Source: Ramazzottius varieornatus (taxonomy: Eukaryota; Animalia; Tardigrada). Taken from it: a stretch of 64,000 nucleotides of DNA. The translations under genes were made by a program, and so were the position numbers. Where the stretch lies: NCBI GenBank assembly GCA_001949185.1, contig BDGG01000003.1, forward strand, positions 2,483,663-2,547,662, written 5' to 3'. Of this stretch, positions 12,556 to 27,500 are shown one piece after another (positions within the stretch are counted from its first letter, which is position 1; each line of letters opens with the position of its first letter). The notes beneath the pieces are model-generated. The model worked only from the letters and a program-made list of their open reading frames with translations, searched no databases and had not been told where the DNA came from.

Positions 12556-15500
12556 ATGGTGCGTGAAATGAACCCTGGAGGGAGCACCATGTTTCCGCAA
12601 GTCATCCGTCCTTTGGAACTCCTCGCAGCTCAACCTTACGAAGCCTTAGCAGAAGTTGAAGTTCGGGCTCTCGTCCGTAGCCTAAATCACCTTCGTAATG
12701 AGATCCTCAACGTCAACACAGACACAACTCCCTTCTGGGACGCGTTCTTAGCCTTGTCGTACCAGGCCATCTATGCATATCGTCAAACATTCACAGAGAA
12801 AAGCGACAAGTCGCTGGAGTCTGGTATCTACGATGCAGCTCGGCTATTCGTGGACTACTGGGTCTTACGACTGACTACGGTGACTTCCGACGTGACTTTC
12901 ATGACGGTAACGGAGAAAGTCAAGCTGTTGGAAGCCGTGGTCAACTTGACGTCGTCTTATGGCAAGGTCGAAATCAATCAGCTGTTCCAACAATTAACTC
13001 AAGCCAGAATACCGGAGGAGATACTGCCATGTGAAGGCACCAACAAAGTGGCGGAGGAAGAAAAGAGGGAAGCGAAGAAGCTGATTAGTTCCCATAGTGT
13101 CCAAGCGGTTCCACTTGTCAACGTGCGGAACTTTATTTCTCCACTGTCACAGACACAGCAGCAGCCGCTGGTGGATGTAAACGAAGGAAGTGCGAAAGAG
13201 GGCTCCAGGTTTCTGGAGAAATACCACAAGAAAATTCAGAGGTATGTTTTGTAGAGCACATGATCAAAATACTCAACACGGACATATCAATGTTTGGGCT
13301 AAGTCTTTAACATTGTAGTTTCAGACTGTATCAGTCGATAAGAGCTCCGTTGTTTCAGGTATCTGTCGGAGAAGCGGATCGGCGATACGTTGCTGGATAT
13401 CCTGAAGGGTCTTCCAGCCTTCATATCAATGATGGAAAGCGACATTGGTGGGATAAACTACTTCAAAGCTGTGATTACTCGGCAAGTGGATGCGCGCGCC
13501 GTGATTGGAAAGGTACGTTTTACTTATTCACACAGTCGTAAGCGAAACGTGGGATCTTTGATCTACGTGCCAACATTAGCGGGAAATACGGAACCACTGC
13601 ATAGTCTAACGGCATGTTGTCTGTTGCAGGTGGATTTTCTGCGCATCGATTTGGACGTAGCACAGTCCTCGAGCCGTCTCCCATTAGCTGACTGTTCGTC
13701 TCCTTCACGTCTGAACACTCTCTGCAGTTTCGGCATCAGCTGCGTAGCGAACGCCTGTAAAATTCTTACTTCTCTCAACGTAGTGGAAGCGCTGCTTCCA
13801 GCATCAGAGAACGCCAAAGACAGTGAAACAGGTACCTTCAGCATAGTATAGATTTTGTAGAAGCGAGTGTTTAGTTCCTGGCACGAACCGTGCAGAGGTT
13901 ACGGACTGCACAAGTAGTGGAGTACAGTTGAGAGCTCGACCATGAAAATCACCAGAGGTTATTTTTTAACTGGCGCATGTTCTCCGTGTTATTTGCTGGA
14001 AGCGTGCGCAAGGTGAAGAACGATCTTGTCAAGTTCGTCTGATGAGCTCTCAAACCTGTTCTCATTGTTTCAGATTCTGTGTTCGAAGCCCGTGTTCCAG
14101 TTATTACGAAAGCCGACACCCTCATGGTCATCTACGATCAACTTGAACGAAGCATTGCCGTCAACCACAGTGAAGCAGCGCGTAACACGCGTTCCATCGC
14201 GATCCGCTACTTCCTGTCCGCCCTCGACGGACTCCTCGTCGCCTCCACCAGCAACGACACGCCCATGCCTCTGAGCATGCCTGCACTCTTCATCGTCCGT
14301 CAACTCCTTACGTTTCTCTCCCGCACAACCAACGACATCGCCAGGTCCGAAGAAACCGTCACCGGTCACGTGCCGCTTGCGTCCGAACTGACGTTACTCG
14401 ACGCCTACACACCGTGGTACCGTTTCGTCTACATCATGCGCCACCATGATGTCTTTAGTATCCTCCTGAGAATATTAGCTCTGTGCCACACACAGTCTTT
14501 CAGACGATTAACAACATGCAGCAGAACGAAAGAAGAAAGTAAGCCTTCACCGACGAAGAGCACGAAACTGACGAGACAGGGTTCGTCCAGTTCAGCGTCG
14601 CCTCCGAGAAGTTCTAACAAGAAGATGTCCTTGAGTCAGGATGATCTGATTCTTGGGTGTTTGTGGGACGAACTGAACGCGGAACCCAGTGAGAAGAAAG
14701 TGGCGGAGAGTAAGAAGGCCGGAGTGGACGCGGCTTTCAGTGAAGCACTGCTGGATACGCAGCTGAAACTGCTAGGATTCCTGGACAGATGGTTTTTTGA
14801 TAGCGAGAATGAATACGCGGAAGTCTGCGTGAAGGAGTTCTTTCAAGCGAAGCATTTGGCGTTGATGCTCCCGATGATGAGCAGCCATTCGTTTGAGTAT
14901 GTGAATGTGGCGGAAGTCGAGCCGGCGAATGTCCGGGTTGCAGTGGGGACGTATGCGCTCAATTTGGACGGTTTCATCCATAGCCTCGTCACAACACGTG
15001 CGTACATTCAAACTAAATCTCCCAAATTTTAATTACACCATTGAAACTTGGTGTTATTGAGTCTGCAGAGAACTCGAAAACAAACTCTGCAAGGTTGAGT
15101 GTTTCTTGAGTGGCGCACGTTTGTAGTGTTATTGGTTGTAAACGTGCGCCACTTGGAAAAACGATCTTGTCCGGTTTGTTTGCGGACTTCCAGAAATTCA
15201 AATAGATTAGCTTCAATTGAGTTAAATCTGAAAACTTGATAATATGTATAAATCTGTAATATCAAAACTAGACTAGACTGTAACTTACTAGTTTGAAATG
15301 ATATGTTTGTCTCAGGGTTCGTCAGCGACGAGATCATCGTATCCTTCCTCAAGTCCTCCGGATTGGACCTCTCCCCCGCTAGGAAGCACGAAGCCTGGCC
15401 GCTTTACATCTCACGAACCTTCCTTAGTTTCTTTGGTCGCCTGCTTCTCAAATGGCAGTTCGAACAACAAGAGGACGGTTCCGCCGAACGCCCCTCTACC

Positions 15501-18500
15501 TCGACACTGGCCTCTAGTGCGACCGTGACCATCTGGTCCCGCTTCTGCCTGACTATCCAACAACGTGTGCTGAAGGAGGACGCCACCGCCACTTCACCCG
15601 TCCCGACATGGTGGAAGGACCACATGGAGTTCGAAGATGTCAATGCTGAACATGTCTACTTGTTGCTGCTGACCTTCCATGGACTGGCTCTGATGCAGAA
15701 GAAGGCAGTGGTCACACAGCTGGCTGCTACATTCGTCAGCTGTGCCTGCCGAACTACGCATTGGACCGAAAGAAGTCTTCTGTTGGTGTCCAGGTTGTTG
15801 TTAATCCTGGAGTATTTCATGCATAAATTGTATGAACCAGCGGAAGCCCTTCTGCGTCAGGTGAGCTCGACAAATAAAGTTTGAGTAATGGAATAAGTGA
15901 GGAATAAGAGATGGGAGATCCGGAGACACATTTGACAATGCTGTGGATATTTCACCGTATTTAGTCTAACATGGTAACAAATGAAAAATAGTATTTTGCC
16001 GCATGATGAATTTCAATTGTTTCAGGTTGACAACTTGCTTTTCCCGTCCGTGCCGAAACAGCAAAGAACTCCTGCTGACACATCCCACATCCCAGTCTAC
16101 GAGATGGCCCAGAAGGTCTATGACTTCTCCTCCCTCACTGGTTCGTTCTCTCGTCGAGTGTTCTACTACGCGATCGCCCCAGAGCTGTTGCATGCCGATC
16201 CTTTGACACTCGATGGTCTAGCCTGCAGCTTCCTACTAGCCCCGAACAAGCTACCAGAGTACGCGGACCTGTACCAGGCTCTGAGTTCACTGTTTAACAC
16301 TCTGAACACCGCAGCGATCGACACACGGTCGGCTAGTGTGGAAGGTAACCTCTACGCAGTAGCCACCACCAACTACACGGCGTTACTGCTGTGGAGGTTG
16401 CTGAGGGTCTTGCCACCGTCGTTATCGCACTGGGAAGCTCTGAAGAAGGACAGCCAGGAATTCTCTCTGGATTCGATCCAGAGTATCACGACTAGCTTGT
16501 GGCTGACGAGATTGCACAACAAGTCGTACAAAACATGGCTGAAGGTAAGTCTTCTGACCGGAAGTGAGTTTTTGGGCCGATTGAATCTTATCGCTGGTTT
16601 TCCAGGATACTTTCGTAAAACTCGGTCTCACGCCCATCAACGCTGACCTTCTTCTTTCCAACTGCGCGGATGCCAGCGGACTTGTCCGAGATGTCCAGCG
16701 TGTCAAGAACTTCATGGAAGCGTTCCTGTCCAAAAAGTACGGAAGGACATTTTCTCAGGTTCATAATCAAGTTTCTCCGGAAAACGCAGTTTAACTGGGT
16801 ATGGTTTCTGTAGTAAGAGACCAGGTTTGAGTGTTCCCGAAGTGGCACCAGTCCAACCAAGCCTACCAGCTATCGACGCTTCGCCGACAGAAGACCGACC
16901 CTCAACTTCCGGTGTGACCGAACAGTCCTTGCGGGAAGTCAGTTTCTACGGAGGAGGGGAGAAGGTCGAAAACATGCCAAGCGTGCTGCTGTCCCTGAGT
17001 TTGGTCTGCTTGCTGTGCAAGATGCAGCAGGCTTTGGATGAAGCGGCGCCTACTGTTGTGCCTAGAACCAGCGACGCCACCGTGACCTTCAGTGGCGCTC
17101 TTACAAACCACGTTACTTCGTCCGTCTCAACGATTGTCCCTATACTGTTGGATGTCATTGTCGAGTATGGTCAGTTTTGCACTTCCAGCATTCTGCAAAG
17201 TGTCAGGAAACGTTGGTCCGAGAATACTGCGCTTTCCTTCGAGGTACAGTGCATTCACTTCTGATGTACGTTGGATAGTTGATTTCTGTTTGGGAGGTAC
17301 CATACTTTCACGGTGCGGTATAATACGAATACGACACCTTGTACATAGAAACCGGATGTTTGACCCGATAACACGACTTTTACAGAGCTAATGGCTTCTT
17401 CTTGCTCAGGTGTATCGTCGACTGGTGTTTCTGTGTGGACCGTCCTCCAGTGGCAACTCGGTTCTCCGAAGTGTAAATCGTGTGAGTGAGAGTATACCGT
17501 CTTGGCTGAACGAAGCATTGGTCGAATGGGACATGAAGGAAGCAGGCAACTATCCGGCGTTCCTCTCGTGGAAGCGCACTTCCGACACTGCAGTCAGCTC
17601 GTCCCAGAAATACAGCGGGGAAACAGCTGCTTACGATAACTTCGTCCACAGCTTGGTCACTGCTCACATGTCTGGTACCAGGTGAAGATTTCATATCAAT
17701 ACCTTTAGTTTTGAGTTCCCTTTCTAACGGTCAATAAACTCAAACTCTTTGCACTTTTGTCTAGTAATCTGAAAGTGGGCAACGCGAGTTACCACAACAC
17801 ATCTCTGAAGTACACCATGAACATGCTGGTGTCCTTCCTGTCCTACCTCCAGCCATTCTTGCCAGCTGGTGCGGCCGAACCAGGCTCGGCCTTGGCGGAG
17901 AAGTTCAAGAGGGCGCTGTTGCCTGTTGTAATGGGTGGCTGTTTCGGCACGCAGGATGTTGAAACAGCGACTGCGGTTCTTGAAAGAGTGCTGGGCGGAA
18001 ATCTCTTTGAACAAGCGTACCTGAAGACTTTGGCCTGTTTCGTATACGATATACTGAAGGCAAGGAAAATTCTGATGAATTTGCATTTTTTCTGATTTTT
18101 ATGTCTTTCTTATCATTTTTTTGCAGTTGATACGAGCTAGTGTGGATTTGCCAGAAAGGTCTTTGAACGACGAGCTGGGCATGGATCCTTCCGTGATGTC
18201 CCAGCGGTGCGTCGAGACGCTGGATGTCATGATGGACAATGTGGCTGGACGAGCTGCGTTAGCCCAGATGTTCAACGAGAAAGGCTACGATCTTACGGAC
18301 ATCCTCATGTCCATCACCAAGCGCCACCTGTCCCCGGCATACCATAGCGCGGTCTTGAACTTTGTCGGCCATGTCCTGAACGAACTTCTCAAGCATCCTG
18401 ATGACAAGACTATGGGCAGACTTGGGCAGTCCCTGTCCAAAATTGAACAACGGTGAATCACACATCCACCAAACAAACCATTTTCCCTTGGTTCTCCCTC

Positions 18501-21500
18501 AAGAACAAAAATGGAACACTTTCTTCGAAAATTCTTTGAGAATATCGAGTGTCAGGAACTTCTTTATGAATCTAAGAGCATGTTGTCTCATTGCTTTGTA
18601 GGTCGCAGTCCATTTTGGGACTGTGGATGGACAGAATCCTCCAAAGCGGATCGTGGAAGTCGAGCGCCACTTTGGCAGCGAAGGACCCAGTGGCTTTCCT
18701 GAACTTATGGGTGAGCTTCGTTCAAATGGCTGATCGCTCAACGAGCGAGACCCTAGCCGAGATTCTGCTGAAAGCCCTGACTACAACCCTTTCAACCAAA
18801 GACAAGTCTTCATCCGGCTACCCGGCACTGAGCGATCTGATGCCCATCATGGAAGTCCTGGCATCCGCCTGCAAAACCGGTCATGAGATCCTCCTGACCG
18901 CGACTGTTAGCTGGTTGAAGCAAGCCATCCCTGAACTGGCCAACAGGAAGTGGGAGGGTGAACTGCAGGAGAATGGTCAGAGCGACCCGTTGTTGAGTGA
19001 TGTGAACTGTTTGATGTGGTATATGGAGAGGATCCTGTCAGCGTTGAGAAGGGATGAAGGAAAGAGGACGGCGAGTCCTGAGGCAGACGATTTGTTCGGG
19101 GACTTGGCTTCCGTGTTGGATGACAAGAATGATGAGGAAGAGTCGGTCCATGCCGGAGATGAAAGTGACGATGGGGTGGACGATAACAACAAGCTGTGCA
19201 CGTTCACGATCACCGCCAAAGAATTCATGAGCCAACACTGGTAAGGTTTTTTTCAAAGTTTTCCGCTTTGTGTTTTCCACTTAAAATTTTTACGCTTGAA
19301 AAGTAATGGCCAAATTCCAGATCAGAAGGAAGCTTTTTTGACGGATACTTCAACTTCGGTCAAAAAATGATCTCGACCGTCATTCACCTGCATACAAGAA
19401 GTGCGTGTTTTGATGTGATATGAATGTATGCAGGTTCATGCCTGTTTTTCTTCGTGTGCAGGTACCACTGCCATACGTGTGGACTGACCAACGGGCAAGG
19501 CATGTGCTCGGTATGTGCCCAAGTCTGTCACAAGGGTCATGATGTTACCTACAGTAAGTACGGCTCGTTCTTCTGCGACTGCGGCGCCAGAGAAGACGGT
19601 TCGTGTCAAGCGTTGCGAAAACGCAGCGGCTTCGGAGCCAGCTCCAGCAGCATGCTGATGGGCAAGCGACAAGGCGCTTTCTCCAACAATTCGCTCGGAT
19701 CCAAGTCTCAACCGCTCATTCGACCCGAAGGTAGCGGGAAAGGCAGCAAAGACCTACAGGAAACGAACCACCAACTGCAAGAACAGCTGAACGATCAAAG
19801 GGACACGTTGACGAAGCTGCTGGCGTTGCTGGATGTCAGCGGAGTCCTGATGAGCTTGACCGATGTCCTGTGTAGGGGTGAGAGCGAGAAGGGTGAGGGT
19901 GGCGGACTGATGCAGATGCTGTGTAACAGCGTGGCTGGAAGATCGGAGAGAGTCGTTCAGAAATTGGAAGCGTTGCATGCCATGGTGAGGAAGGAGGTGG
20001 CGGTCGAACATGACGACTGCATCCTTCAACCGCTGGTCGCCACACAAGAAAGAACCTTTGACAACATCAAAGCGAACCTGTAAGCAATCAGCATCAAACA
20101 ACTGTTATGGAATAATATTACTGAAATTTGTTCGTAGGGGTGAAATTTCTGAAATGTCCGCGCGGTCAGTGGCAATACAGCAGAATTATGTGCGTCGGCG
20201 TGTGATGGCCGTCTTTTCACATGGACCGACGAAGTACCTTGCCATGGTGGTGGAAAAGAGCAAGGTGTCTGTGTACCAGTTCTCTCATCTTCTGAAGCAA
20301 GTCTGCGATCGTCATCCCGTCCAGGGAACCAGTGGTCAATCAGACAACCACAGTGGATCTTCGGGCAGCAGCGCCCCTACTAAGCTGATGTTACCTTGTC
20401 ATGGTAGCGTGACCGTGTCGTTCGCTGTCTCTTCCATCGTCGTCAACCCTCTCCGCGAAGGTACGTCAGTGTGTACTATTTTCTGGGTGAAACATCGAAC
20501 CTTTTCACGTCAACTTCCGTTCATGAAAATTCGTCTTGCTTGCACCTGCATACACGCCCTCCATTTTGTACGGACGGTATCCTGTATGCAGGTACTCGGA
20601 TTGTTATCGCCATTTTATATTTTTTCTAGTGTTTTTCATTCGGCTGTTTTTACGTTAGATGTTCTTGACAGGTCTGTTCGTGTTAACTGGAGCCAAGGAC
20701 TGCGTAGCCGTCGTCATGAATCCAGAGACAGGAACCAACGAGCCAATTTCCGTCGACGTCGGTCCCATCGACAGCAGTAACTTTATCGTTAAAGCGATGT
20801 GGATGACCGACTCGCAGACTGAGCTCCTGATCGCCACACTGGACTTTGTCAAGATCTTCGACTTGGCAAAGAGTGTGAGTAAGCCCGTATACAACCTCCT
20901 AATCGCCAATGGGAAGGTACGCGACGTGACGATGGCCTACACACCCGACGCGGGTCCAAATGTCCTGATCATGTCATCTACTGGGCAAGTCTTCGTGCAG
21001 GAACTGACACCTGTCGCAGCTGCCGATATGGGTAAGCGGTACTGTACAACCAGAACTTCACCAACTCATGAAGATATCGTCCTGATGATGTTTTGTTTTT
21101 GTAGGTCCGTTCTTCGTGACAGCGACGCTGAACTTGGCCAACCCGGACCTGCCGCGCATGGTTTCGCGGGAAGAGGAAGGAGGCATAGCCGTCTACTACT
21201 CGCATGCCCTGCAGTTGCTGTTCCTGAGTTACTCACAAGGAAGACTGTTCGTGGCGCCACTGAAAAGTCTTGCCGGTGACAACACGGTCGTTCCTGCTTC
21301 AGCGGTGTCTTTCGGAAAAGGCAAAGTTGACCATACACAAGGCTTGTCGCTATGTAGGTCCAACGCATGAACTTTCGGTTTCGTATCCTTTTTAGTTTTT
21401 CCGACTCTTGCAGAAAGTGTAGGCTGTTTTGCAGGGAACTTTTCGGAGACTGGTGGATATCCAGGTCAGATCTTCGCGTGGTTGCACGGTGCTGCCATTC

Positions 21501-24500
21501 CACTGATCCTCTCCGTGGATTCCACCAAGTGGGCCTTTCAAGTCATCAAGAACAGCAATCACAAAATCAAAGCACTAGACACTGTTGTAAGCAAGCACTC
21601 GAACAATCAAGCCATTCTGGCTTCCGTGAACGAAGACGGTACGCTCAAGTTCTCCGCTTTGAACAGCGAGATGGTGGGCGGTTGGTCCATGGTAGGTCTC
21701 TCCTCTGCTGGATGTAAAGTGGCCTTACAAGGAACTCCCTCGAAGCTCCGAGAAGCGGCAGCTAGTAAGGCGGATAACCCAGACTTCCCAGTAGACTTCT
21801 TCGAAGAGTGCACGGTGCTGAGCAATGTCGAGTACGGTGGGGATCTTATCGATGTGTACCCAAAGTCTAAACTGAAGACGAGACTGGACCAGAATGCCCA
21901 GTATGTCATTAGCGAAAGAACGGCGGGCTTTACGGTTGAAGTCCAGAACAACGACCATACACACGTCATTTGTGGGGTACGGATCGGGGTGGGAGCTGAA
22001 GGTGTTGACAAGATACCGACTTTTGTCAGGGTTAGTCTAGATTTTTTGTTTTGGGTAAAAAACTAAAAGGGTCAAATAGCCCCGTTATCCGACATAGGAA
22101 ATTTTATCAGTGTGATTACTTTCAACGAAATGGATACCCTCCCTGATCTATGTTTGGCATGGATGCTACATCACCAAGATTGGTCGGTCTTTTCAGATTT
22201 TGGGAAGGACAAGGAGTCTGGCGACCCCGCGAGCGCGGTACTTCGATTTTCCGCTGACGGAGGAAGAATCGTTGACAGTTAACGGAAAGATCAGCGTCTA
22301 CTTCGCTCCAAGTGAGAACGGCGCAGTGACGTATTTGGATTCGCTGACTCTGTACGGTAAGAGTCGAGCATCATTGGGTCTGGATGAGAATACCGACGCA
22401 GATCCACATTCGGATACTCGCCTTGGTACGAGTAGCTTGGCTGATATGCTACTGGGAAGAACGCTGAAAGCCATGGAGATGGCTGTCTCGATTTGGTCAC
22501 TGGATAGTGCACATCTGAAGAGCCGCATCATGGAACACATCATCGGTAAGAGCAGCGTGGTTCTAAAACCTTAAAGAACATGAGGTCGAGGGTTTTTGTT
22601 GTTGCAGAAATTATCAGCAGCGCGCAGACGATCCTCCCGTTAACGACCCATAACGCGAACTTCCTCCTGTACGCCTTGCAAGACTTCCAGACAAGCCAGT
22701 TCCACTGTTCGAAAGACGCAGCAGTTGTCCGACATGCAGTCAAGCTTCTGCTGGCTTTGCTGACAAAAGTTCAGCCGGAAGACTGCGACCGTGACACCAT
22801 CGACTCTTACAGGTATTCGCCCTTACAATTCAACAGTCATGTCAGGCACCTGCATACACCGGGCTATGTTTCTGCCAGTATGCGCGGGTCTGCAGGTGTT
22901 CACAATTTGTTCTTATACAGAGCTGAAAATGCATCCCTTCCGGTGGTCACAAGACGTCAGTTACAATTGATTATTGATATAAGACCACGTGACCGCCGGA
23001 AGGAATGCATTTGCAACATTGTAGCGTCTTCTGAGTGACTTTTGTGCTGACATCGGTTTTCTTGCAGGTTTGTCCAGATCATCTCGATGTTGCGTCCCAT
23101 CGCTGCTCGGCGTCCAGCCAGCCTCTACCAGCACTTGATGGACTGCGTGGACGAGCAACAACTGGAAGTCAAAGGTGGACGTGCGACGGTTCTTCGAAAG
23201 ACGCTACGGGCAACGGGAGAGCAAGGACGGACTGCACAGACTAAAGCCACGGTTCTGCTGGAGAGTTTGTGCAATGTCTTTTGGGGCATCCACGCTGCAC
23301 AACCGCACAAGCCGGCAGTGGCTAATGTTGTACAGCTACAAGACCTGCTTCCGGTGGAAGCCACGGTGCACTCATTGGTGGACATCATCCACGCCATTAT
23401 GTCAACCGACACGGACATGATTCCCTTGGGTAACTAAGACGTGAAACTGGTATTCAGTTTACAAAGCACTGAGCTGCAGTCGAAAGAACCAACATGGAAA
23501 TGATCAACAACAAAATGATTGATGAGAAGACAGTAAAACAGGAAAAACCCACTATAAATTAGATTAGGAGAAAACAGTGGGAAATTAACGGAGAATCTCT
23601 TTGATATGCCGGCTGTTTATTTATAGGTGTGAAGCTGCACAGTATGTTCATCGGATCCAAAGATCAGGTGGTGGCTTCTGCAGCCAAAGATGCCATCCTG
23701 AAGACACTGAAGCCGAAAGACAGTCGGCGGTACAGTACCCATCAGACTCCCGTCTCAACTGCAACCCAGAAAGTTCTTCCGACCAAACCAGAGAAGCCAG
23801 CTGACGACGCCCAGTTGGACCTGATCAGTTCCGCCAGTCACGGTAGACCGGAACTGGAAGGTCAGGGTGAAGAATCAGACATGGAGCAGGAAGACTCGAA
23901 CGAACACCATGCCGACCACCAGGAACAACTGGCCAACCAGAACATGGAAGAAATGCTCGGTGAACTGCAGATGGTCTGGCAGATGGTCGAACCTCACTTG
24001 GGTGGCGCACAGCTGAACCAGTTTATCGAGAACCCTGCGAATCTCCAGCAGGTAATTTTCCGAAACCGATTTTCAAACAGTTAAAGTAAACCGGAGATAA
24101 ATCTAAACAATGAGAACTCGGCGGACAAACTTTGCAAGATCGCTTTTCCAAGTGGCGCACGCTTTCGGCCAACAAGACTGAAGTGTGCACCACTTCGGAA
24201 AACAATCTTGTCGAGTTCTTAATAAACCGAAGCTGCGCCTTAGACGGTTGGCTGTATGGAATAGCTTTTCCAAGTTTTGTTTGGCTTTCCAGATTCTGGA
24301 TATTCCACCAGATGCCGATGACGAAGCCATGCTGGACTTGGCCATGGCTTTGAACATGCAACCTGAGTCTGACAACGGCGCGCAGAACGAGAACGTCAGC
24401 GTTGGTGTAGCCAGCAGTATCCAACCGCAAGTTGGCGAAGAGTCCACCGGTGAGAGTAGCAGCGAAGCCGAGAATGACGGCGAGGGAGAGGGTGAAGATG

Positions 24501-27500
24501 AAGGACCTAGCGAAGACGAGGATATGGAGGAGGAAGCTGGCAGTAACCATGTCGCAGATCGACGCCATTCACTCAATGAACAGGCAGTCAGAGTGCCATT
24601 GTCTGATGAAGGCAGCAATGGATCGTCACTGGCTGGCGACACTTCACTTCCGCCTGGGTCTGCGATGGAACATCGTAACGCTAATACCTCCATCAGCTCG
24701 GCCTCGCAGACAGACTTGACGGTGTCGGCACAGCAAGCTGATGGGACACTGAGCAAGTTGCGACACGCCGTCATCGAGCAACTCCAGACCATGGTAATGC
24801 TGAACAGAATACAGAGAACCGATATTGGAAAGTGTCAAAAGGAAGCTTCCCAGTGATTGAACACTTAATATCTTTGTAATTTACAGTATTAGTCTTTGGT
24901 TGGTCTACTGTTTGTCCGGTTTTCGCACATTTTCACACACCTACATACACACAGCTGTTAGTTTGTTATGAGCTAGTGGGTACATGTATATGGTGGGCTT
25001 CGTTAACATTGCGGCTGATGGAATTTATTCTACAGGTTCCCTCGCTGAATGAGGGAGTCTCCGCGATCCCGGCAATGCAGATCCTCTTCAACCTCTGCAC
25101 AGATCTCGATCCAGCCAAGTACGAGGAAGATCGCGCTCTTCTCGACAAAGTCATCCACACGGTGATCGGCGCACTTGACATGGACCGCGAAGACAAGCAG
25201 AGTCTCGCTCAACGTCGGCCCGAAAACGAAGTCATCATTCTCTACCTTCGATTCCTGTCCGTCCTCATATCCAAGTCCGCCTCACGCTACCGGAAGTACC
25301 GACCACAGCAGCCCATCTCGACCTCCTTCACCAACTACTGCGCGGCTGTGCTGAACCACACCAAGGTTCTTGACTTCTGTCACTACTTGCTGAAGCTTCT
25401 ACTAGAGAGAAGTCATAGCAAGGAGGTCAAGAAGGAAGGTGGGAGAGAGGAAGGAGAGAAAGTGAAACTGCTGAAGCCAAGCTCGATGACGTCTCCACCG
25501 GACATGGCGCCATTCTTCCTTAAGCCGTTCGTCAAGTCATGCGGACATGACTTGTTCCAAGACTACGCAACACTTCTGACGGAAATGGCTCTTCGTTTAC
25601 CGTATCAAATGAAAAAAGTAAGTAGCCTCAAAATGAAAATTCTGAATGAATCAGTCAATTTGAATTTATGTATGTAGGTTGGTGATGGTGAGCATATCGT
25701 TCCCCCACCGAACTTCGAATCAACATGGACCAACACACTCTGCGAGTACATGACTTTCGGTCCAAGTTACATCGACCGTCGTCCACCGCGAAAACTTTTA
25801 ATGGCGCTTTGTGGGTCCAAAGACAAGTACCGGCAAGTTCGCGATCTTCACGCTCTGGAGTGTCACATCAAAGAAGTGCGTAAGCTGAGCAGGGCCTCGC
25901 ACGACAAAGCTGTAGCCATCTCTTTTTCGGACCTGGACTACGATCAGCTGACGGTGTTGGTGGAAAACCTGAAAGCCTGCCTCGAGATCGCCGTTCAGCG
26001 GACCATCAACTGGCAACGACATTGTCAGAAAGAACGAAGCACGCTCATCTTCCTGATGCGTCTGGCTACTGCGCTAGATGAACCGGTGGCTGCGACTGTG
26101 CTGCACCTTCTCCTGGCGCTGTTTGGGTTGAAGGACAAGACTGCGACGGCGGTTAGTCAAAGTTCGGCTCCGGAAGATGGACCGGTGGTCAAAGCGGTCG
26201 TCACGGTCCTCAACCAGACACTGGGTAAGACCACTAGGAGATTAATAACATGTCGTATTATACAACTACAGAACTGTTACCCTACGTCATGTCATACGCA
26301 TCACTTTTGCTCATTAAGTTAGTCATGACGGCTTAAATCATATACACTGGGTCGTGTGTGATCATGTCATGTCATGTGACATTATATGACATAAAGGAAT
26401 ATGTTTTGCAGAGCCATCGCTTCTCCGGAAGTTCGTGCGGTGTTTCCTCCTTCAAGCCAACACGACCGCAGTGCGTCTCTTGGCTCACCACTTCCTCTTC
26501 GCCTACTACCGTAACTGCGACCCAAAGTTCCAAGATGCCCTGATTCGCATCATGTGGAAGCTCTTCGAAGAACTGCCGCAGTATGGATACAAGGCGAGAG
26601 AGTTCGTGGACCTTCTGGCATACGAAACAGTCAAGAACCCGTACCTGGGCGAGAGCGACTGGCGCGCCATCATCATCGCCGTCATCGACAAGCTGAAAGA
26701 CCAGAACGCTGTCATGAACCATCACCCGAATGCCCGCATCTACCAACAGCTGGCCGACATCACCGGGCTGGATGGTTTCTTCCTGGAAAGCGACCCCTGC
26801 TTGGTGTGTAACTGCCCTGATGTCCCCACAGCAGTCATGAAGCTGAGTGCCATCAAGGTCGACGCGAAATATACGAGTAACTCACAGCTGTATAAACTAT
26901 CCGGTACGTTCAAACCTTCCACCGGTCGTCCAGAAGGATTCTCATTTTGGGTGGTGTTTTTTTCCATCAGGAACGTTCATAATCGATCGGATCAACCTGA
27001 AGATTACTGAACTGAAACGATCTAAGATGGTCAAGTGCATCACGGTGTACTACAGTAACGTGGCTGTAGATAATATCGTCGAGCTAAAGAACAACATGGC
27101 GGCGTGGAAGAAAGCCAAGAGTGTCTGGTTGACCCTGGGACAGGCCGAAGTCAAGATTGACTTCCTGTTGCCTATCCAGGCTACCAACTTGATGATCGAA
27201 TACTCAGAGTTCTACGATAACCCGCAGTTGACGCAGGAAACTTTGCAGTGCCCTCGCTGCTCCACTATGGTCAGTAGGAAATAAATTTGGGAATTGAAAA
27301 TGTTGAAATTTGGGACATCGGCAGATGGTTTGAACGTGACCGTTTTCTCAAGTGGCGCACTCTATCAGCCAGCGTCTATAAGAACGGGCGCCACGTGATT
27401 TCGATCATGTTCGAAACCTTTACCGATGTCCTGTCTTATTTCGAAAGGAAAATGGAAAGTGTTCTGACTATTCTTACCAATTTTCCAGGTGCCAGCGCAG

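Noticed and set aside
24939-24994. Possible ninth family B copy (ACCTACATACA ... TGTATATGGT)
   Set aside because: The right arm is degenerate and the spacing is about 6 nt too long, so it was not counted.
26286-26392. GTCAT/ATGAC-rich stretch in a UBR4 intron
   Set aside because: Looks like a degenerate simple repeat or eroded element; no definable ends.
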